Positions 15,944 to 22,531 of a stretch of 22,531 nucleotides of DNA are shown piece by piece. The translations under genes were made by a program, and so were the position numbers. The notes below the pieces were generated by a model. The model was not told the origin of the DNA and made no database searches. It saw only the letters and a list, made by a program, of their open reading frames with translations. The stretch's first letter is position 1. Each line of letters starts with the position of its first letter. The DNA comes from Candidatus Hodarchaeota archaeon (GTDB lineage: Archaea; Asgardarchaeota; Heimdallarchaeia; Hodarchaeales; Hodarchaeaceae): contig JAEOTC010000261.1 in assembly GCA_016840035.1 (NCBI GenBank), forward strand, positions 1-22,531, read 5' to 3'.

Positions 15944-17518
15944 CTACTCCTTTCTACCATAACCGCCCCCACCAGGAGTCTTAATGATTAAGATGTCTCC
16001 AGATGAGAGTTCAACAATAGTCCGTCCTGGAAGTGTTAGTAATTCTCCATTTTTCTTCCTAACAGAATTAACTCCGCTTTTTCCAGATTGACCTTTATAG
16101 AGTCCATATGGAGAAAATATTCTCCTCTCAGATTGTATTGAAACGGTAGTGTCACCTAGACATTCAATCTCCTTTACGATTCCATCTCCACCTCGATTCA
16201 CCCCGTGTCCTCCTGAATTTTTTCTAATGGCATATTTAATTACTCTAAAGGGATATATCAGTTCAAATGCTTCAATTGGGGTGTTTAAAGTGTTTGTCAT
16301 ATGACTATGAATCGCAGATGTTCCATTGTAGGATTTTCCAGCCCCTGTTCCCCCTCCAAGAGTTTCATAATAAGTAAAAGGTTGAGTTCCCCTTGTTGAC
16401 CCTAAAGATATATTATTCATTGTACCTTGGGAGGCCGCAGGAATTTCAGGAAAAGCTTGAGCTAATGCCCCTAGTAAGACATCAACGATTCTCTGTGATG
16501 TTTCTACATTTCCACTTGATACAGCAGCGGGTGTTTTTGGATCAAGTAGACTACCCTTGGGAATTTCTATACTAATATTTCTAAACAATCCTGCATTCGT
16601 CATTATTGAGGGATCGGTAAGTACTCGGAATACATAGTACACACACGAATATACTACACTCTTAGGACAATTTACATTCCCTATCTGCTGTTTGTCTGTT
16701 CCTTCAAACGAAACAATGATTTTATTGCCAATAAATTTAATTTCTACTTGAATTTTGACAGGAGAGTCAGTCACTCCGTTGGAATCCAAGAAATCAGTAT
16801 AATTCAACTCTTCCTTAGGAAATTTTTGAAGATGTTCACTAAATGATTGTTCTGAAAGTTCCATTAATTGGTTTATAGACTCTAATAACACTTCTCGTCC
16901 ATATTCAAGGGCTAACTCCTTTAATCTTTCATCACCTCTCAATAGGGCGGCTCGCTGTGCTCGAAAATCTCCTAATCGCTCTTCCTTAACACGGACATTG
17001 GCTAGAATTAGACTGAGAATTTCCCGATTTTCGATTCCATTCGAATAAAGGCGTACTGGAGGAATTATCAACCCCTCCTGGTAAATTTCAGTAGAAGTGC
17101 CTGGCATACTTCCAGGAGTTGAACCACCGACATCTGAATGATGTGCTCTATTGGTAACAAAGAATGAAAGTTTTTTGTTTATGAATACTGGTAAAATGAA
17201 TGAAATATCTGGAAGATGAGTTCCTCCTGTGGGATTATATGGGGAATTTAAAATAACAATATCTCCAGGTTTAAAATCATCAATTCTATAATGAGCTAAA
17301 ACTGTTTCCATTGTAGAAAACATGGCTCCAAGGTGAACAGGAATATGCTCTGCTTGTGCAACTAATTCTCCACTAGAATTGAAGATTGCACAAGAAAAAT
17401 CAAGACGTTCTTTGCAATTAGCACTGAAGGAAGCACGGCGAAGGACAACTCCCATTTCCTCGGCAATATTTTCCAAGGCTTTCTGGATAATACTTAGATT
17501 AATGAGATCTGTTTTCAT
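15944..17518 (-). CDS. hyuB: Hydantoinase B/5-oxoprolinase subunit (HyuB family)
   Basis: ERLDFSCA, HIPVHLG, GGTHLPD, HHSDVGG, EIYQEG, NTPIE, TPGGGGYG. Confidence 0.92.
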   Translation of the reverse strand: MKTDLINLSIIQKALENIAEEMGVVLRRASFSANCKERLDFSCAIFNSSGELVAQAEHIPVHLGAMFSTMETVLAHYRIDDFKPGDIVILNSPYNPTGGTHLPDISFILPVFINKKLSFFVTNRAHHSDVGGSTPGSMPGTSTEIYQEGLIIPPVRLYSNGIENREILSLILANVRVKEERLGDFRAQRAALLRGDERLKELALEYGREVLLESINQLMELSEQSFSEHLQKFPKEELNYTDFLDSNGVTDSPVKIQVEIKFIGNKIIVSFEGTDKQQIGNVNCPKSVVYSCVYYVFRVLTDPSIMTNAGLFRNISIEIPKGSLLDPKTPAAVSSGNVETSQRIVDVLLGALAQAFPEIPAASQGTMNNISLGSTRGTQPFTYYETLGGGTGAGKSYNGTSAIHSHMTNTLNTPIEAFELIYPFRVIKYAIRKNSGGHGVNRGGDGIVKEIECLGDTTVSIQSERRIFSPYGLYKGQSGKSGVNSVRKKNGELLTLPGRTIVELSSGDILIIKTPGGGGYGRKE

Positions 17519-17533
17519 AATCCTACAATCCTT

Positions 17534-19558
17534 CTAGAACTTTTTCATTATAAGATGTCCATCTTCGAGAACTTCCACAAACCAATCCTTATCCACTAAG
17601 ACGGTGGAATCCGCTTGTTCAATAATACTTGGCCCAAGGATTTTATTTCCTGAACGGAGAAGATCCTTCTTATAAATTGCAGCTTTTTCCCATTTACCAT
17701 TAAGATAAATACTACGCTCTTCCATTAAACTTTCTGGGGGTGGTATATCCTCACCTAAAGGTAATTTTGGTAAAGAAAATTTAGGGAGCTTCACCACAGC
17801 GGAAACACGGATATTAATTACCTCATGCGGTGCATTAGGGGAAGAATACCCATAAGCCTTTTCATGAACAGAATCGAAGCTCTTGGACATTTCCTCTATT
17901 TCGTCTTGGTAAGAGACTGTAAGCTCATAAGATTGGCCAACAAGACGAATATCAACTTCTTTTATGATAATAATTTCCTTCTCGTCAAAGCCATCATCAA
18001 TACATAACTTAATCCCCTTATGAACTAATTCATTAAACGAAGTTTCTAAATAGGGGAGAACAGAGTAGTTTAACGGTTTAATAATAGATTTTGTCAGATC
18101 ATGCTTGATATCTGCAGTTAAGAGACCGAACGCGGACCATACTCCTGGATGGGGGGGGATTATCACTTGCTTGATTGATAATCTTTGAGCCAGAGCACAT
18201 GCATGTAAAGGACCTCCTCCTCCGAAACAGCAAAGAGTAAAGTTACGAGAATCCAGTCCTTTTTCAGTACTAACCTTTCTGAGAGCTAATGCTACATTAT
18301 TTTCAAAAATTTCAATGACTCCTTCTGCAGCTTCCTCAACAGATTTCAGCTTTAAATCGTTCGAAAGAGTGGTTATAACTTCTTCAGATTTAGTTAAATT
18401 TATTTTTATTCTTCCATCACAAAAATAGTCTGGATTAATCAAACCTCTTACTAAATTGGCATCTGTAACTGTAGGATCTATTCCTCCTTTCTCATAACAT
18501 GCTGGACCAGGATCAGCTCCTGCACTATTAGGACCAACCTGTAGTATTCCGTGATTTAATTTTGCTATACTTCCTCCACCAGCACCGATTGTTTGAACGG
18601 CTATTGTTGGAATTGGAATTGGATAACCAGAAATTTCATTTTCAGAAGTAATTTCGATACTCCCATTAACAATGCTAGCAACATCTGTAGATGTACCTCC
18701 AATATCTAACGTGAGTACGTTATCGATTTGTAATAATTGAGAAGAATAATACCCACCAAGGACTCCTCCTGCAAGTCCTGATAATACAGTTTCAACAGAT
18801 TTCTGAGTAGCATTCTTGATTTGAGTGACTCCACCCGAAGATAACAATATTAATGGGGGATTTCGAACTTGGTGGTTTCGAATCACTTCTAGAAATGAAT
18901 TAAAATAATTTTTCATTAGAGGAGCAATATAGGCATCTAGAACAGTAACACTAGTTCTGTCATATTCACGAAATACTGGCAATACCCAGCTAGAAAGCGA
19001 TATATGTATATCAGGAAGCGCTTTTCCTATGGTTTGAGCAACATCCATTTCGTGTTTAGGATTAAAAAATGAAAAAAGAAAAGAAATCGCAACTGATTCA
19101 ATCTGAAAATCTCTAATCTTCTCAATAAGAACATCCACAACAGAAGGATCTAAAGGTAGAATAATTTCACCATTTGCGTCTAATCGTTCTGGAATTCCAA
19201 ATCGATATTTTCTCTGAACAAGTGGAGTGACTCTCGTGGGATAAAACGAGTAAAGATTTGAACGATTTTGACGACCAATCTCAATTAGATCTTCGAAGCC
19301 CTCTGTAGTTATTAATGATGATTTGACTCCTTTACACTCTAATATTGCATTTGTTGCAACTGTTGTCCCATGAACAAGGACATCAAGGTCATGTAATGGA
19401 ATCGATTTTTCTTTGAATAATTCAATTCCTTGATTTGTTCCAATAGACTGATTAAGTGTAGTAGTTGAAACTTTATGTAGAGTTACTGTACCTTTTTCCG
19501 AATCTATGTAAATAAAATCGGTAAAAGTTCCTCCAATATCAATTCCTAAGCACTTCAT
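17534..19558 (-). CDS. hyuA: Hydantoinase A/5-oxoprolinase ATP-binding subunit (HyuA family)
   Basis: DIGGTFTD, HGTTVATNA, DIGGTSTD, IGAGGGS, SAGADPGPACY, PTVTDAN, FGGGGPLH. Confidence 0.93.
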   Translation of the reverse strand: MKCLGIDIGGTFTDFIYIDSEKGTVTLHKVSTTTLNQSIGTNQGIELFKEKSIPLHDLDVLVHGTTVATNAILECKGVKSSLITTEGFEDLIEIGRQNRSNLYSFYPTRVTPLVQRKYRFGIPERLDANGEIILPLDPSVVDVLIEKIRDFQIESVAISFLFSFFNPKHEMDVAQTIGKALPDIHISLSSWVLPVFREYDRTSVTVLDAYIAPLMKNYFNSFLEVIRNHQVRNPPLILLSSGGVTQIKNATQKSVETVLSGLAGGVLGGYYSSQLLQIDNVLTLDIGGTSTDVASIVNGSIEITSENEISGYPIPIPTIAVQTIGAGGGSIAKLNHGILQVGPNSAGADPGPACYEKGGIDPTVTDANLVRGLINPDYFCDGRIKINLTKSEEVITTLSNDLKLKSVEEAAEGVIEIFENNVALALRKVSTEKGLDSRNFTLCCFGGGGPLHACALAQRLSIKQVIIPPHPGVWSAFGLLTADIKHDLTKSIIKPLNYSVLPYLETSFNELVHKGIKLCIDDGFDEKEIIIIKEVDIRLVGQSYELTVSYQDEIEEMSKSFDSVHEKAYGYSSPNAPHEVINIRVSAVVKLPKFSLPKLPLGEDIPPPESLMEERSIYLNGKWEKAAIYKKDLLRSGNKILGPSIIEQADSTVLVDKDWFVEVLEDGHLIMKKF

Positions 19559-19708
19559 TACTTTACCCAGAAAATTAAGTTGATTTTCTTAAAGGATATC
19601 TCACTAATCTTGTACTCATTAAATAGGCAATAAAGAGTTTGTTGAAAATAAGACCTAGAGATAGATATATCTCTTTATCCGCGTTGACTTTTCGATGAAA
19701 CGAACAAT

Positions 19709-20683
19709 TTAAGCTAATATGAATGCGACAGATAGTAAAAGTCCGAATACAAAATGTACCAATATGGTTTGCCCATTGGCAGGTAAGAGTTCTTTTATTT
19801 TATCATAATTTTTATTTGAGTGTAGAACAGCTTTAATTGCAATAGGTAATGTCAATGCTGAAAGAAGTGCAACTGCAGGGAATATTGAAAAAACAACAAA
19901 AAATAATAATGACATATAGGCTAATATCATTCCAATAGAATATATTTTTACCGATTTCTCTTTACCCAGATTAACTACTAGAGTATTCTTACCCGCTTTC
20001 GCATCTGCTTCTGCATCCTGAAATTCGTTCAGAAACAAAACTAGCGCAATTAGAATAGCTATGGGGATTGAAGCAAAGGCTAATAGTGAGGAATCAATAT
20101 GTCCTAATTGAATATAATAAGCAGAATAAACTCCTAATGGTCCAAAACCTACAAAAACTGCTAACTCTCCTAGACCACGATAGCTGAGGCTTACAGGTAA
20201 TGCTGTATAGAAGAAACCAAGCAAAACTGCAACAGAAAGGAAAATGACTAAAAGATATCCTTGAATTAGGAATAGAATCAGTAAAGCTGTTACCGAACCG
20301 ATTATGTAGGATATTATTGATGCTAAGAGGATTCTGCGTGGAGCAATAATGTCATTTTGGATCATTCGTGATCCGCCGTTAAACTGGGAATAGTAAATAT
20401 TAATATCATCCGTTGAACGGTCGTAATAATCATTTGCCAGATTTGTACCAGCTTGTATTGCTACCCCAGAAATTAATGTCAGTAATCCAAGTAATAGATC
20501 AAATGATGCTGATTCATAATAAGCAATAGCCATTCCGAGAATCAATGGGACAATTGAAGCTGTGAAAAAAGGAGCTCTCATTGCGAAAATCCAAATTTGC
20601 AATTTTTGAAGGAATTTGGATTGAATTTGTTCTTCTTGGGCTGTCAAATGCATTGGTACGTCTGTCATAAAATTATCCACCAA
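19709..20683 (-). CDS. menA: 1,4-dihydroxy-2-naphthoate polyprenyltransferase
   Basis: MRAPFFTAS, NLANDYYD, GGSRMIQ, YRGLGE, NEFQDAEADAKAGKNTL. Start uncertain (TTG 20683 or a downstream ATG). Confidence 0.88.
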   Translation of the reverse strand: MVDNFMTDVPMHLTAQEEQIQSKFLQKLQIWIFAMRAPFFTASIVPLILGMAIAYYESASFDLLLGLLTLISGVAIQAGTNLANDYYDRSTDDINIYYSQFNGGSRMIQNDIIAPRRILLASIISYIIGSVTALLILFLIQGYLLVIFLSVAVLLGFFYTALPVSLSYRGLGELAVFVGFGPLGVYSAYYIQLGHIDSSLLAFASIPIAILIALVLFLNEFQDAEADAKAGKNTLVVNLGKEKSVKIYSIGMILAYMSLLFFVVFSIFPAVALLSALTLPIAIKAVLHSNKNYDKIKELLPANGQTILVHFVFGLLLSVAFILA

Positions 20684-20803
20684 TTATATGCTCTATTGAA
20701 CACTTACAGAAGATTAAAATGGTTATTGATAATTCCTTGTGTACAACGATTACAAAAATAGAAAATCCAGTAAATACCTCATAGCTCGAACAGGGTAAGT
20801 ATA

Positions 20804-21010
20804 ATGGTATCCACAAGAGTACTTTCAATCAGAATAAATAAAAAAACTTTCGAAGCTTTAGAAAAAAACGCTAAAATATTGAATTTGAAATTATCCGTCC
20901 TGGCTGCCAAAGTTTTAGAAGAGAAGACTGAAGAATGGTCCAAAGAATATGCAATTCGAATATATCATGAATTGGGACTTGATAAAGAGGATATTATAGG
21001 AAATGAGTAA
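20804..21010 (+). CDS. Ribbon-helix-helix (CopG/UPF0175-like) DNA-binding protein
   Basis: Beta-strand TRVLSIRI, helix KKTFEALEKNAK, helix LSVLAAKVLEE. Overlaps the next gene. Confidence 0.7.
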   Translation: MVSTRVLSIRINKKTFEALEKNAKILNLKLSVLAAKVLEEKTEEWSKEYAIRIYHELGLDKEDIIGNE

Positions 21011-21791
21011 TATGCAACTCATTGAATCTGTTTTGATGGGGATTCCCCTTATAGCTTCTGCTGGATTTTCTTTCCTCAATTGCAATTCATTTTTTCGTCT
21101 CTACAAACAAAAAGAGGAACCAATTCTATTACACATTTCTCTCATCTTTATTTCAGCTGGAATAATCTTCTTTTGCATTCTATTCGCATTCTTAATACCT
21201 GATATACCCCCAATCAATTTTTTCCTACTTGCGAATGTTTTTGTTTGGACAATCTTCTTAGAAGTGGGAAACGCATATTTTTCAGCCTTTTTAAATTGTA
21301 CCAATGCTTTTGAAAAATATACACTTCCTATCTTTGGAGGAGCTATAGGTATGATGATTTTTACTTTTATAAATCCCGACATTTACCTCTTTACAAATCC
21401 AGTGCGATTTGAGCTATTTTTATACCTAGCTAGCTTCATATCAGTTATTTACTTATTAGTTCGAGCATATAAACGGGTAAATCTATTAATAGAGAATTTT
21501 GAGGGTGAAGAGATTAAATTGATGCTTCTCACACAGAGAATATGTAGCTTAGGAGCATTTACATTAGTATATACCTTCGTTTCTGTATTTTGTTGGCTAA
21601 TCTTTAAGGGGATTGAACAATTAGATTTATTGATGAACACTTGGAATGTTTTTGACTGGTTGGTATATATTAACGTCATTCTGTATCTTACTATTCTCTT
21701 AGGAGCTTTTATTTCTTCTAAGAAAATTGATTTTACGAAGATTGACTTACTTTCCCTTTTAAATATTCTAGATTCACCAAAAACCATGTAA
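21003..21791 (+). CDS. Stand-alone seven-transmembrane protein of unknown function
   Basis: Seven hydrophobic segments by eye (about aa 6-31, 41-65, 72-98, 107-124, 136-156, 175-201, 216-238) and no soluble output domain. Confidence 0.75.
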   Translation: MSNMQLIESVLMGIPLIASAGFSFLNCNSFFRLYKQKEEPILLHISLIFISAGIIFFCILFAFLIPDIPPINFFLLANVFVWTIFLEVGNAYFSAFLNCTNAFEKYTLPIFGGAIGMMIFTFINPDIYLFTNPVRFELFLYLASFISVIYLLVRAYKRVNLLIENFEGEEIKLMLLTQRICSLGAFTLVYTFVSVFCWLIFKGIEQLDLLMNTWNVFDWLVYINVILYLTILLGAFISSKKIDFTKIDLLSLLNILDSPKTM

Positions 21792-21792
21792 A

Positions 21793-22401
21793 ATGATATT
21801 TATGCCCTTACAAAAGAAAATACTTTGTATTGGAGACTCTCATACTGCAGGATTTCCCCAATTCGACCCAAACTTTGGCGGACTTCCCGAAAGTTCCTAT
21901 GAATTTTGGTTGGAAGTTTCACTCCAAGAAGAATACCCAGAATATTCAGTTGAACTAGATAATGAAGGAATTTGTGGGGAATTTTCGACTGATATCTATC
22001 ATAGATTATTAGCTATTCCCAATCTAAGAAAATACATATGCGTATTATTTTGGGGAGGTGCAAATGATTTAGGAATGGGACGGAGAGCCGAACAAATTTG
22101 GAAAACCATTGATCTAGCTTTGCAGTATTGCAATTCAGAAGGCGTACCAGTATTTATATTTACAATCCCACCAATGAATATAAGTGGGTTACAGAAGCAC
22201 TTACTAAAATTAAATGAAATGATTCACGCTAATCTCGCTACAAATGTAATTGATGTATACCCGAGTCTTGAAAGAAATGGGAGATTAGACTCTCAGTTTG
22301 GGATTGGAGACGGGGTTCATTTATCCATAAAAGGGTATAAAACAGTTGCTGGTGTAGCTTTCGACTCTCTTAAGAAATTCTTACCCGATATTCTATTCTA
22401 A
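21793..22401 (+). CDS. SGNH/GDSL hydrolase (esterase/lipase)
   Basis: Block I IGDSHTAG, block II NEGICGE, block III GGANDL, block V DGVHL. Confidence 0.92.
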   Translation: MIFMPLQKKILCIGDSHTAGFPQFDPNFGGLPESSYEFWLEVSLQEEYPEYSVELDNEGICGEFSTDIYHRLLAIPNLRKYICVLFWGGANDLGMGRRAEQIWKTIDLALQYCNSEGVPVFIFTIPPMNISGLQKHLLKLNEMIHANLATNVIDVYPSLERNGRLDSQFGIGDGVHLSIKGYKTVAGVAFDSLKKFLPDILF

Positions 22402-22448
22402 TATCCGAATGTCAGTTTTATAGACTGATAAGAATTTACATCCACTCA

Positions 22449-22531
22449 TTAATCCAATTTTTGCACCGTATCAGGTGTAGGCATAAAATACTCCCCTCTC
22501 ATTAAACCTCTATCAATAGCTTTTTGGACTA
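22449..22531 (-). CDS. 3' end of a gene running off the window, with a winged-helix-like C-terminus
   Basis: Open frame VQKAIDRGLMRGEYFMPTPDTVQKLD* resembles the helix-G-x-hydrophobic-P-wing end of winged-helix domains. Confidence 0.5.
   Translation of the reverse strand, partial: VQKAIDRGLMRGEYFMPTPDTVQKLD

Noticed and set aside
353-21787. Short alternative-frame or antisense ORFs in the track (for example 353..571, 1200..1439, 1316..1588, 1605..1814, 2134..2328, 7780..8037, 9423..9668, 11150..11446, 13325..13639, 13763..14101, 21101..21382, 21449..21787)
   Set aside because: They overlap well-supported genes, have no recognisable motifs, and look like shadow ORFs.
21003-21791. Microbial rhodopsin
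   Set aside because: No retinal-binding Lys in the seventh helix and no RYxDW-like helix 3 motif.
1-22531. CRISPR arrays, tRNA/rRNA genes, IS elements or integrases
   Set aside because: No regularly spaced repeats, cloverleaf or GC-rich RNA-like segments, or transposase/integrase ORFs were seen, and intergenic gaps are all short.

Overview
AT-rich, gene-dense window that looks archaeal: it has aIF1A, a single-domain KaiC-like ATPase, AlaX-M and TATA-like promoters. The TPR-only protein, stand-alone 7TM protein and eukaryote-like motifs suggest an Asgard archaeon, possibly Heimdallarchaeia-like; this is an inference, not a search result. About 25 complete CDS: MG2-like domain, MFS transporter, aIF1A, GDPD, Nudix, RimI-like GNAT, Sir2, an alpha/beta-hydrolase plus C2-like protein, two Cys-rich minimal RDD paralogues flanking a TPR protein and a Cys/His-rich membrane protein, a UbiA-family prenyltransferase, a two-repeat helical protein with a PIP-like tail, AlaX, a truncated UvrC/Cho-like nuclease, a small charged protein, a KaiC-like ATPase, a hydantoinase/oxoprolinase A-B plus glycerate kinase operon, MenA, and an RHH-7TM-SGNH operon. 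No rRNA, tRNA, CRISPR array or transposase was seen. The best novelty candidates are (i) the Cys-rich RDD/TPR/membrane/UbiA cluster at 6594-10934, (ii) the tandem HMG/YABBY-like repeat protein with a PCNA-binding-like tail at 11037-11402, and (iii) the catalytically degenerate lipase-fold/C2-like fusion next to Sir2. All family calls are by motif recognition by eye.
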